This document shows positions 51,868 to 61,844 of a DNA stretch of 64,000 bases, in pieces; within the stretch, counting starts at the first letter, position 1; every line of letters begins with the position of its first letter. The stretch lies in the NCBI GenBank assembly GCA_963700285.1, contig CAVOXA010000015.1:96001-160000 (forward strand), written 5' to 3'. Position numbers and translations under genes: made by a program. Origin of the DNA: an uncultured Chloroflexia bacterium. GTDB taxonomy: Bacteria; Chloroflexota; Anaerolineae; JAAYZQ01. Below the pieces are notes generated by a model, which saw only the letters and a list, made by a program, of their open reading frames with translations, was not told where the DNA came from and did not search any database.

Positions 51868-52509
51868 TTGCTGGAAGCATTGCGTGACGAGCTGTGGCGA
51901 CTGCACCTGGAATTGCCCAAGAACAACCTGGTCACCTGGACAGGAGGGAACATCAGCGCGCGAGATCCCGAAACGGGCTACGTGGCAATCAAGCCCTCCG
52001 GGGTACGCTATGAGGATCTACGACCAGAGGATATCGTCATCGTGGATCTGGAGGGCAACTGCATCGAGGGCAATCTCAAGGCATCTTCTGATACGGCCAG
52101 CCATCTCTACATCTATCGGTACCGGCCAGATGTCAACGGCGTCGTTCATACCCATTCCCGCTATGCAACAGCCTTTGCTGCTTTGGGCCGGCCTATCCCA
52201 GTCTATCTGACGGCCCACGGCGACGAATTCGGGGGGCCCATTCCTTGTGGCGGTTTTGCCCTCATCGGTGGGGAGGAGATTGGCAAGATAGTTGTGGATA
52301 CCATCGGAGATTCTCGGGCTGTACTACTCAAGAATCACGGCGTCTTTACAGTTGGGGCAACGCCGCAAGAGGCCGTCAAAGCCGCAGTGATGGTGGAGGA
52401 TGTAGCGTGGACGGTATGGATCGCACTGCAGATAGGGCAGCCCGACGAGATCCCTTCGGAGCAGGTGGCCAAGCTTTACCATCGCTACTCACATGAGTAT
52501 GGCCAGTAG
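51868..52509 (+). CDS. araD: L-ribulose-5-phosphate 4-epimerase (class II aldolase family)
   Basis: LVTWTGGNIS, IKPSGV, SSDTASH, VVHTHS and NHG motifs. Confidence 0.88.
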   Translation: MLEALRDELWRLHLELPKNNLVTWTGGNISARDPETGYVAIKPSGVRYEDLRPEDIVIVDLEGNCIEGNLKASSDTASHLYIYRYRPDVNGVVHTHSRYATAFAALGRPIPVYLTAHGDEFGGPIPCGGFALIGGEEIGKIVVDTIGDSRAVLLKNHGVFTVGATPQEAVKAAVMVEDVAWTVWIALQIGQPDEIPSEQVAKLYHRYSHEYGQ

Positions 52510-52628
52510 CGGGACCGGTTTTTGAGGGCCTTATAGTAGAATCTTCTGGTGGCCCACTACGTGCTGGAATCCTGCGGGCGGATCTCGAGCGCGACTTTGC
52601 TGCAACCCTGCACATCTGACTGTCTTAC

Positions 52629-52795
52629 TTGACCGGGTATCGCTTTTCGGGTATAATTCTCCGGTACAATACAAGTTGTCAGAACACTGTTGTTTTGGCT
52701 GTTGTGTCGAACAGAACTTGTGTTGCAGCTAACTGCAGAGCCCAACGCGACTGTGAGTGGTAAGGCCCAGCGGAGAACGGTCATGTTGGTTCTGC
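52629..52795 (+). promoter_or_regulatory. infC operon promoter and leader hairpin (candidate L20-responsive leader)
   Basis: TTGACC-17-TATAAT; GCAGAGCCCAACGCGACTGT can pair with ACGGTCATGTTGGTTCTGC (52735-52795). Confidence 0.55.
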
Positions 52796-52816
52796 TAGAG
52801 ATGAGGAGGAGCAGAG

Positions 52817-53338
52817 ATTAGCAACCAGAGAACACGTGTGAACGAGGCTATCCGGTCCCCGCAGTTGCGGGTCATTGATGCTGATGGTAAGCAGCTTGGG
52901 GTCCTGCCGCGTAGGGAAGCGCTACGCTTGGCCGGCGAGCGCGAGTTGGACTTGGTGGAGGTTTCCCCGAACGCCGATCCCCCAGTCGTCAAGCTAATGG
53001 ACTTTGGCAAGTACCAGTACGAGCGGGCAAAACGCGACCGGGAAGCACGCAAGGCCAGCAAGAATATTGAAGTCAAAGAGATCCGGTTGCGGCCCAAGAC
53101 TGGTGAACATGATCTGGCCTTCAAGATCCGTCAAGCGCGCTCTTTTTTGGAAAGCGGCGCCAAAGTTAAGGTTCGGATTCGCTTCCGCGGCCGGGAGATT
53201 ACTCATCCCGAGGTCGCCCGTGCGCAGATGGAACGTATCTCTGGGGAACTGTCGGATATAAGTAGCGTCGAACAACGACCTGGCTTTGAGGGGCGTACCA
53301 TCTTGATGATCCTGGCGCCCACTGTACAGCGCAAGTGA
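52817..53338 (+). CDS. infC: Translation initiation factor IF-3 (ATT start)
   Basis: RVNEAIR, LDLVEVSP and KEIRLRP motifs; in-frame ATT after GAGGAGG. Confidence 0.95.
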   Translation: MSNQRTRVNEAIRSPQLRVIDADGKQLGVLPRREALRLAGERELDLVEVSPNADPPVVKLMDFGKYQYERAKRDREARKASKNIEVKEIRLRPKTGEHDLAFKIRQARSFLESGAKVKVRIRFRGREITHPEVARAQMERISGELSDISSVEQRPGFEGRTILMILAPTVQRK

Positions 53339-53468
53339 GGCTCCCAAGCACGCGGAAGGGGTCGATAGCCAGATTCTATCCATCTGCTCAACTGTCACAG
53401 ACTAGATCTTTTTTTGCTGTTGCCCCTGAGCAGGATGGGGGCAATCGCTTTGTAGGGAGAGTGCTATA

Positions 53469-53678
53469 ATGCCAAAGATCAAGACGCACAAGGCTACTGC
53501 TAAACGGTTCAAGTATTCCGGCTCGGGCAAGCTGATGAGGACCAAGATCGGCAAGAGCCACCTGCGCCGGAAAAAGTCCAAGCGCATCAAGCGTATGTTT
53601 GATGAGATGCACGTGGTAACGGATTCTGCTTCCAAAACGCGGGTCCGGAAACTGGCTCCATATCTGAAAAAGAAGTGA
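53469..53678 (+). CDS. rpmI: 50S ribosomal protein L35
   Basis: [15 protein letters not shown]; synteny with infC. Confidence 0.96.
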   Translation: MPKIKTHKATAKRFKYSGSGKLMRTKIGKSHLRRKKSKRIKRMFDEMHVVTDSASKTRVRKLAPYLKKK

Positions 53679-53754
53679 TGACGGACAGGTTGCTGGCATG
53701 CTGGCCGTTTGTGCTTGCCTGCCAGTTGCCACATATGCTGTAGAGGAGTTAACA

Positions 53755-54105
53755 GTGCCAAGAGTAAAAGGGGGTCCTCGGATCCGACGACGACATAATA
53801 AGGTCCTGAAGCTGACCAAGGGTCAGTTTGGGGGCAAGCACCGGTTGTGGCGGCGGGGCAACGAGGCGATGCTCAAGTCGCTGTGGTATAGCTACCGCGA
53901 CCGGCGTAACCGAAAGCGAGATTTCCGCCGCCTGTGGATCACGCGCATCAACGCGGCTGCACGTCAAAGCGGGCTGTCCTACAGCCGTTTTGTTTATGGT
54001 TTGAGGGAGGCCAACATTGAACTGGATCGCAAGGTCCTGGCTGACATAGCCGTACGCGACCAGGCGACCTTTGCTCAGTTGGTCGAGGCTGTCAAGGAGC
54101 AGTAG
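53755..54105 (+). CDS. rplT: 50S ribosomal protein L20
   Basis: [30 protein letters not shown]; GAGGAG RBS before GTG. Confidence 0.96.
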   Translation: MPRVKGGPRIRRRHNKVLKLTKGQFGGKHRLWRRGNEAMLKSLWYSYRDRRNRKRDFRRLWITRINAAARQSGLSYSRFVYGLREANIELDRKVLADIAVRDQATFAQLVEAVKEQ

Positions 54106-54143
54106 GCCCAGGACTATAGGCCTCAGCAGGATAGGGCCGCACT

Positions 54144-54944
54144 ATGGTCAAGATCACGAGCGTTCACAACGAACGCGTCAAGTATGTCCGGTCCCTCGCC
54201 CGGCGCCGAAACCGCCAGCGAGAGGGCCGTTTTGTTGTCGAGGGTAGCCGGCTGGTGGATGAAATGGTGAGAGCGGGCGAGAGGCCCGCTCTTGTCTTGT
54301 ACACCGAGGCCTGGGCAGCAAGCCTCGAGGCCAAACCCTTGCTGACGGTGCTGGCTCTGGCAGAAGGTGGAGCCTGGCCTGTCAGCGAGCCGGTCTTTGC
54401 AGTTTGCGCTGATTCCCAAACGCCCCAGGGCGTACTGGCGGTCGTGTCCTTTGTACGCACCCTACCGCGCCCAGGGCCCATCCTGATCCTCGATAGATTG
54501 CGAGATCCTGGCAATCTGGGTACTCTCCTTCGCTCTGCAGAGGCTGCGGGTGTGGGGCAGGTGTTCCTTGCGCCAGGGACCGTGGACCTGTACAACCCCA
54601 AAGTTGTGCGAGGGGCTATGGGTGCCCACTTTCGCCTGCCTGTAATTCACCTGGACTGGCCGGCCATTGTCGAACAAGTGGCGGGGCGAGCGGTGTGGCT
54701 GGCCGATGCCGAAGGTGAGACGGCCTACGATGCCGTGGATTGGAGGGTACCTTCCTCGCTAATTGTCGGGGGAGAGGCGACAGGTTCCAGTCAGGAAGCA
54801 TCTGACCTGGCGACAGGACGGGTACGCATCCCCATGACCAGGGGCACAGAATCTCTCAATGCAGCGATGGCTGCGACCGTGATCCTATTTGAGGCTGCTC
54901 GCCAGCGGCGGGTCCACGCAACTTTTTCTGGAGACTATCTATGA
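54144..54944 (+). CDS. TrmH/SpoU family RNA methyltransferase
   Basis: DPGNLGTLLRSA, GGEATG and IPM....ESLNAAMA motifs. Confidence 0.9.
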   Translation: MVKITSVHNERVKYVRSLARRRNRQREGRFVVEGSRLVDEMVRAGERPALVLYTEAWAASLEAKPLLTVLALAEGGAWPVSEPVFAVCADSQTPQGVLAVVSFVRTLPRPGPILILDRLRDPGNLGTLLRSAEAAGVGQVFLAPGTVDLYNPKVVRGAMGAHFRLPVIHLDWPAIVEQVAGRAVWLADAEGETAYDAVDWRVPSSLIVGGEATGSSQEASDLATGRVRIPMTRGTESLNAAMAATVILFEAARQRRVHATFSGDYL

Positions 54945-56147
54945 ACATCCGCTCAGTCACCTGTTTCGTCAACGCCGGCTCTGTCGATACCCAGGCCGAG
55001 ACCATTCGATCCGCCGGGCAGCTGGCACAAGAAGCCAGCGCAGCGCTGCGGTCGGCGGGTTTTCCCGTCCAGACAACGCGTCTCGCGACACAGCCGTTTT
55101 CTCTCTTGCCAGATAACCCGATGCACCTGGCCCCCACCCTTTGGAGTCAGTGCGCCGAGGCTGGTTTTGATTTCTTGTCTTTAGGACCGATCTTGGCCGA
55201 CACGCCGGCTGCAGACCTGTCGCGGATGGACCTGATCCCAGATCTGATCCGCAGTACTGAAACGGTGTTTGCCAGCGTGCTCGTCAGCAAGCGAGGACAG
55301 GGACTGCACCTGGATGCGATCCAGCGGACAGCTAGCCTCGTGCGAGAGATTGCCCATTCTACCGATCTGGGATTTGGCAACCTTCGATTGGCCATGCTGG
55401 CCAACGTGGGTCCGCATTCGCCCTTCTTCCCGGCCGCTTACCACGACGGTGGGTCGCCGGCGCTAGCCATCGCCACCGAGTCCGCTGATCTGGCCGTTAC
55501 TGCCTTTTCCGATGCGACTTCACTGGACGAGGCACGGCTGCGGCTTGTGGCGGCGGTCGAAGCAGCGGCGGGACAGATCGTTGACCTGATCGGCCCGCTG
55601 CTCGAAAAGCAGGGCTATCGCTTTCCTGGGATCGACTTTTCCCTGGCGCCCTTCCCCGAAGAGGCGCGGAGTATCGGCGCCGCGGTGGAAGCCCTGGGTG
55701 TGGATTGTTTTGGAGCGCCGGGTACTCTTTTTGTATCCTCGCTCCTCACCGATTGTCTGCGCCAGGCAAACTATCCTCGTTGTGGCTTTAACGGCCTGAT
55801 GCTGCCGGTGTTGGAGGATGCCATTCTTGCCGACCGCAGTCGCCACGGACTGTTTACTGTCAACGACCTGCTCCTCTATTCTGCAGTGTGCGGTACCGGA
55901 CTTGACACCGTGCCTTTGCCAGGCGATGTGAGCGAGGCGGAACTGTCCGGCATCCTGCTAGACGTGGCTGCGCTGGCCTTTCGCCTGGACAAGCCACTTA
56001 CCGCGCGGCTGATGCCCATACCCGGCGCCCAAGCCGGCTGACCTCACTACTTTCGACTTTGCCTACTTTGCCAACGGGCGCGTTCTGGACACAAAGGCAC
56101 TGGGCAGCCGTGGGTTGTTCGAGCGAGGATCATGGTTGGCAACGTAG
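54941..56147 (+). CDS. DUF711 family protein (likely frameshift near 56038)
   Basis: MNIRSVT, GIDFSLAP, GFNGLMLPVLED and SAVCGTGLDTVPLPG motifs; the C-terminus DLTTFDFAYFAN continues in another frame. Confidence 0.82.
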
Positions 56148-56369
56148 CCCTCCTTACTTGGCGAATTTGCACTAGTGTGGTAGAATTCGTGCCGTACTAG
56201 GCTTTGGGCTTGGTGCGCGTTATGCATGATGTGAACGAGCAGGTCAGGCGGCTCATCAGGCAGGACAGTGATGAGCCGTCTTTTTTGTGCGCTGCAGAGA
56301 GCATGCATGCAATGTTGATGAGGAACAAGAACAGAAAGCCGTGCGCTTGCCGCGCAGAGGGTTGTGACA

Positions 56370-58462
56370 ATGAAGGCAAAAAAAACGGATACGCTCGATA
56401 CCATTCGCAACATCGGCATCATTGCCCACATTGACGCGGGCAAGACTACTGTCACCGAGCGGGTGTTGTTCTATACTGGCTTCACCCACCGCCTGGGCAG
56501 CGTGGATGACGGAACCACGGTGACCGACTTTATGCCCCAGGAACGAGAACGGGGCATCACCATCCAGTCGGCGGCTATCACCAGCACCTGGCGCGATCAC
56601 CAGATCAACATCATCGATACGCCGGGCCACATCGACTTTACTGCCGAGGTGCAGCGCAGCCTGCGCGTTCTGGATGGTGGTGTGGTGGTATTCGACGGCG
56701 TGGCTGGCGTGGAGCCCCAATCGGAGACCGTCTGGCGCCAGGCCGACCGCTACGGTGTGCCCCGCATCTGCTTTGTGAACAAGATGGACCGCATGGGCGC
56801 CGACTATTGGCGTACCATCGACAGCATCACCAAGCGGCTGGGGGCAAAGCCTGTAGCGGTGCAGTTACCCATTGGGTCGGAGAGACGACTTTTGCGGTAT
56901 CGTGGATCTGATCGATGAAAAGGCCATCGCCTATTGCGACGAGGACCACACCGAGCCGGCGATATGCAATGTACCAGAGGAGATGCGAGCTGAGGTGGCC
57001 CGGCGGCGGGACGAGATGATCGAAAACTGGCCGAGCTGGACAGCGAGGCCTCTATCGAGCTGGCGGAGCTGTACCTGGAAGGAGAGGAGCTGTCCCCGGC
57101 GCTGCTCCGGGCGGTCCTGCGCCAGGCGACACTCGCCGGGGAGGTGGTACCGGTGCTGTGTGGCACGGCTTTACGCAACAAAGGGGTCCAGATTGCTGTT
57201 GGATGCTGTGGTGGACTATTTGCCCTCGCCCCTGGACGTACCGCCCATGACTGGCAAGGATCCTGATACGGACGAGGAGGTCGCCTGTCTGCCCGGACCC
57301 TGGCGCGCCGACTGCGGCCTTGGTTTTCAAGATTAATACCGACCCTTACATGGGCAGGCTGACCTATTTCCGCGTCTATTCGGGAGCCGTGCGGCGGGGC
57401 GAATTCCTGCTCAATGCCAATAGCGGCAACCGGGAGCGGATCGGCCGCTTGGTGCGCATGCACGCTGATCGCCGCGAAGAGGTGGATGAGATCCGAGCCG
57501 GAGACATTGGCGCTGTGCTGGGCCTCAAGGCTACAACCACAGGCGAAACCCTGTCTGCTGAGGAACGGCCCGTGGTATTGGAACAGATCACATTCCCTGC
57601 TCCGGTCATTGAGCTGGCAGTCGAGCCGTACACCAAGGCTGACCAGGACAAGTTGGGCTTGGCCCTTAAGCGATTGACGGATGAAGATCCTACCTTCCAG
57701 GTACGCCATGACGAGCGCCTGGGACAGACGATTCTCGCCGGCATGGGCGAACTTCACCTTGAGGTGCTACTGGATCGCCTGCGCCGCGAGTTTGGTGTTG
57801 GTACCAAGGTGGGGCGTCCCCAGGTGGCTTACTATGAGACGATTACCCGCCCAGCACGTGCCGAGGGCCGGCTGGTCAAGCAGACAGGGGGGCATGGCCA
57901 GTTCGCCGTGGTGGAGTTGGAGGTCGAACCCCTGCCCTCTGGCAGTGGCTTCCTCTTTGAGAATAAGGTAGTGGGTGGGAACGTACCGCGGCAGTACATC
58001 TCTGCCGTTGAGGCTGGCGTACACGATGGCATGACTCGTGGTGTGTTGGCCGAGCAACCCATGGTGGACATCAAGGTCACTCTGGTGGACGGCAAGGCGC
58101 ACGACGTGGATTCGTCGGAGCGAGCTTTTTCCACGGCGGCGTCCATGGCTCTGCGTCAGGCCGTTGGCCAGGCTGGTCCCATCCTGCTGGAGCCGATCAT
58201 GCACGTAGACGTATTGACGCCCGAAGACTATACAGGGGATGTCATTGGTGATCTGAGTACCCGATCTGCCAGCATCACGGGTATTGACTCGCGAAATGGC
58301 AGTGGCCAGTCTATCCAGGCCGATGTTCCGCTTGCGGCGATGTTCGGCTATGCCACATCGCTGCGGTCCCGAACCCAGGGCCGGGGAGCTTTTGTCATGC
58401 AGTTCGATCACTATGCTCCGATATCGCCTGAAGTGATAAAAGAACGGGAGAGAGCCCACTAA
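56370..58462 (+). CDS. fusA: Elongation factor G paralog (frameshifts at 56880-57310)
   Basis: [49 protein letters not shown] and LRSRTQGR motifs; not within an str operon. Confidence 0.88.
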
Positions 58463-58486
58463 TCACCGGTGAGATCTCGTACTTTG

Positions 58487-58531
58487 AGCACTCGGAAAGG
58501 GTGGATTCTGTCCCCCTTCCGAGTGTTTTTC
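58487..58531 (+). terminator. Intrinsic terminator after fusA
   Basis: AGCACTCGGAAAGGG...CCCTTCCGAGTGTT followed by a T-tract. Confidence 0.7.
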
Positions 58532-58620
58532 GTTGTGGGCTTGCACGTCTCTGTGAGCAATGGTATACTGTAACCTGATGGACATCAGCTTTGATGCAGT
58601 TTTTCTGGAGGTGGGAGGCT

Positions 58621-59607
58621 ATGGGTTTCTGGGCTGACTTGAAGTATAGGCTTCAAAATCTCTTTGGGCTGGAGACATCTTTTCCCTTGGGCGACGAAGT
58701 ACTGCCTCAAACCTTGCAGCCCCGCGTGTTGCTGATCACCTTCAATCCTGTCATCCGCTCGGAAGGCGGCAGAAAGCTGACAGACGTCCTGGGCTGGTGC
58801 AACATTGATGAGTTGTGCCGCGAGTACATTGCCGATCTGCGCGAGTGCAGTGGTGGCTTTTTAGAGTACCGGATCGTCCAGCGAATTGGGATCGACGCCT
58901 GGCCGAGGAAAATAGACGGCTTTCGCTATGATGGGGATAGTTACCTACAATGCTGGCGCAACCGGACAGGCTTCCACGATCCAGACGCCGTCGACTATGA
59001 GGCTATCCTCGAAGAGTTTGATCTTCTGGCTCGCGTCGAGTCGGACCAGATTGATGAGGTATGGTTATTCGGCTTTCCCTATGCCGGTTTCTACGAATCG
59101 CAGATGATTGGGCCCAAGGCTTTTTGGTGCAATTCACCGCCCATGTCGCGCAATGATGGGATCTCGCGCCGGTTTGTGATCATGGGCTTTAACTATGAGC
59201 GAGGCGTGGGCCCCATGTTGGAGTCCTTTGGGCACCGTGTTGAATCGCATCTCCAGTACGTCTGGCGTCGTCGGAGGGGCGAGGACAACCTATGGGAGCG
59301 ATTCATCCGCTACGACAAGGTCTCCCCCGGGCGGGCGAACTGTGGTTGGATGCACTATGCCCCCAACAGTCTCACGGACTATGACTGGGGCAACCCGACC
59401 AGAGTACAGAGCAACTGCGACGACTGGCTCAACTTTCCCAACTTTCAGGGTGCCTGGGGAGTGGTAGATTGTCGTGACTGGGGAAACGGCGATATGCGCG
59501 CTCATCACAAGTGGTGGTTCAAGCGCCTGCCCAACGCCCCAGGTGACACGCAGGGAATCTCTAACAACTGGTGGCTCTATGGCGTGGACCCCAACAGGGC
59601 CGGCTAG
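58621..59607 (+). CDS. Hypothetical Trp/Cys-rich cytoplasmic protein
   Basis: Long clean ORF with a GGAGG RBS; motifs DEVWLFG, GFNYERG, ESFGHRVES. Confidence 0.75.
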   Translation: MGFWADLKYRLQNLFGLETSFPLGDEVLPQTLQPRVLLITFNPVIRSEGGRKLTDVLGWCNIDELCREYIADLRECSGGFLEYRIVQRIGIDAWPRKIDGFRYDGDSYLQCWRNRTGFHDPDAVDYEAILEEFDLLARVESDQIDEVWLFGFPYAGFYESQMIGPKAFWCNSPPMSRNDGISRRFVIMGFNYERGVGPMLESFGHRVESHLQYVWRRRRGEDNLWERFIRYDKVSPGRANCGWMHYAPNSLTDYDWGNPTRVQSNCDDWLNFPNFQGAWGVVDCRDWGNGDMRAHHKWWFKRLPNAPGDTQGISNNWWLYGVDPNRAG

Positions 59608-59729
59608 GAGAGCTGTCCCGCCGATGCCCTGACCGCCAGGGCCGGGAGCCGGGGTGTGACTCATCGCAAGACTTGTCATGGATCCGGCTCTGGGGGGGCC
59701 TGGGGTTCGGAGCTAGGATAGCAGCCCTT

Positions 59730-60584
59730 ATGATTCTCGTCACAGGAGCAGCGGGGAAAACGGGTCAGGCTGTCATTCGGGCATTGGCCATCAAGGGTGA
59801 ACCCGTGCGGGCGTTGGTCCGCCGCCCAGGGCAAATCCAGGGTATCATGGACCTCGGGGCTCGGGAAGCAGCAGCCGGTGACATGCGCTCAAGGGCCCCG
59901 ATGGAGCATGTCACCCAAGGCGTTCGGGCCATTTACCATATCTGTCCCAATATGAGCCCTGACGAGGTGGCCATTGGCCAAACTGTGATCGCGGCGGCCC
60001 AATCAGCCGGCGTCGAGCACTTTGTCTACCATTCGGTCCTGCATCCCCAGACCGAAGCCATGCCCCACCATTGGCTCAAGCTGCGCGTGGAGGAGCAGTT
60101 GTTCGAGTCAGGGTTAGATTACACAATCCTACAACCTGCAGCCTACTTGCAGAATATCCTGGCTCATTGGGATCAGATCGTCGAACAAGGCGTCTACCCG
60201 ATTCCCTATGCAGCGGAGACCCGTCTGGGTATGGTTGATCTGGAGGATGTCGCCGCGGCAGCTGCCATCGTTCTGACTGAGCCTGGACATGAGGGCGCCA
60301 CGTACGAACTGTCCGGGCCCAACCTTCTGTCTCAGACCGAGATTGCTACGATCTTGGCTGAACTACTGCGTCGTCCGGTATGCGCCCAGGTCGTGCCTCT
60401 GGCAACTTGGGCGGCTAGAGCCAGGGCCTCGGGTCTGGGCGACTACCAGGTTGAGACACTGGTCAAGATGTTCTGCTACTACGAGAAACATGGGTTCAGG
60501 GGCAATGCACAAGTGCTAGGCTGGTTGCTTGGCCGTCCTCCCACCAGTTTCTCAGTCTTTGTACGGCGCATCTCTTGGGGATGA
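59730..60584 (+). CDS. NmrA-family NAD(P)-binding protein
   Basis: ILVTGAAGKTG, GVEHFVYHS, YTILQP, VDLEDVA and YELSGP motifs. Confidence 0.88.
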   Translation: MILVTGAAGKTGQAVIRALAIKGEPVRALVRRPGQIQGIMDLGAREAAAGDMRSRAPMEHVTQGVRAIYHICPNMSPDEVAIGQTVIAAAQSAGVEHFVYHSVLHPQTEAMPHHWLKLRVEEQLFESGLDYTILQPAAYLQNILAHWDQIVEQGVYPIPYAAETRLGMVDLEDVAAAAAIVLTEPGHEGATYELSGPNLLSQTEIATILAELLRRPVCAQVVPLATWAARARASGLGDYQVETLVKMFCYYEKHGFRGNAQVLGWLLGRPPTSFSVFVRRISWG

Positions 60585-60684
60585 ATTCGTACATGACATA
60601 GAGGGCTGGAAAGCCTCGACCTGATTCACCGAGATAACCGTCAGAGTGAGGAGTGGGGATATGATCAATCATGGAGGTACAGTG

Positions 60685-61491
60685 ATGACAGATTCTTTCC
60701 TAGTTCCGCCCGGTACCCAAGTCAAGCTTGCCGATTACGATCCAGGCTTTGCCGGTACAATCGAGAAGAAGAGCCAGGCCAAAAACGAGCTTAGGGACAA
60801 CCTGGCGCAGCTCCAGGCCCTCCAACAGATGTTGTGGGCTGAAGACAAACATGCCTTGCTCCTGGTCTTCCAGGCGATGGATGCTGGCGGCAAGGATGGC
60901 ACCATCAGGCAAGTGATGCGTGGTGTGAACCCCCAGGGCTGCCAGGTGACCAGTTTCAAAGTGCCAAGCAAGGAGGAGCTAGCCCACGATTATCTATGGC
61001 GGATCCACAAGGCAGCACCACGGCGAGGCTACATCGGTATCTTTAACCGCTCCCACTACGAGGACGTGTTGGTGGTACGTGTTCACAACCTGGTTCCTGA
61101 AGATGTATGGCGGCAGCGTTACGAGCAGATCAATCACTTTGAGAAACTGCTGGCTGATTCTGGGACGACGATCCTGAAATTCTTCCTGCACATCTCAAGA
61201 GAGGAGCAGAAGAAACGATTTGAGGAGAGGCTGGCCGACCCCAGCAAGAACTGGAAGTTCTCCCTGGGTGACGTGGAGGAGCGAGGGTATTGGGACGACT
61301 ATATGCGGGCCTTTGAAGAAGTGCTGAGCCGGTGCAGCATGCCATGGGCGCCCTGGTACGTCATTCCTGCCAATCGCAACTGGTACCGCAACCTGGCCAT
61401 TTCCCAAATCATTGTCGAAACACTAAAAAAACTGGATATGCGCTACCCTCCGCCTCTGTCCAATGCCGGCGAGATCGTCATTCCTGACTAG
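60685..61491 (+). CDS. ppk2: Polyphosphate kinase 2 family protein
   Basis: QAMDAGGKDGTI, SFKVP, HDYLWR, FNRSHYEDVL and KFFLHIS motifs. Confidence 0.92.
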   Translation: MTDSFLVPPGTQVKLADYDPGFAGTIEKKSQAKNELRDNLAQLQALQQMLWAEDKHALLLVFQAMDAGGKDGTIRQVMRGVNPQGCQVTSFKVPSKEELAHDYLWRIHKAAPRRGYIGIFNRSHYEDVLVVRVHNLVPEDVWRQRYEQINHFEKLLADSGTTILKFFLHISREEQKKRFEERLADPSKNWKFSLGDVEERGYWDDYMRAFEEVLSRCSMPWAPWYVIPANRNWYRNLAISQIIVETLKKLDMRYPPPLSNAGEIVIPD

Positions 61492-61844
61492 GTGATCAAC
61501 CGATCCCTTGTGCCAGTATCCGTGTAAACTGGCATGAATTCGTGTCAGGACGACAAGATTGCTTCTGGGCCTGTTGCGTGTTATAATAGGGCCGTACCGA
61601 GTTCTGACGCCCACTGTCATGACGGTGGTGTGTTGTCGTCAGGCAAGGGGTGCGATAGCGGTGTACAATGGCCGTGCAGATTAGGGGTGTGCGACAACAG
61701 GGAGAGTTGTCTTGGGAACCAATGCGTTGCCCTGATCCATGGAGCGATTCACGAAGGCAAGCGCACGAACCTTGGGCCGAAACTTTGTGGGGCCTCCCTG
61801 CGTAGTAGAAGTGGAACTCACATACCCAATTGAAAGATGCATAA

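Noticed and set aside
56880-57310. fusA paralog split into several ORFs
   Set aside because: Motifs are continuous across frames and the indels cluster locally; treated as a sequencing artefact
61560-61840. Possible ncRNA upstream of the kinase
   Set aside because: Only short scattered hairpins; no recognisable consensus or terminator
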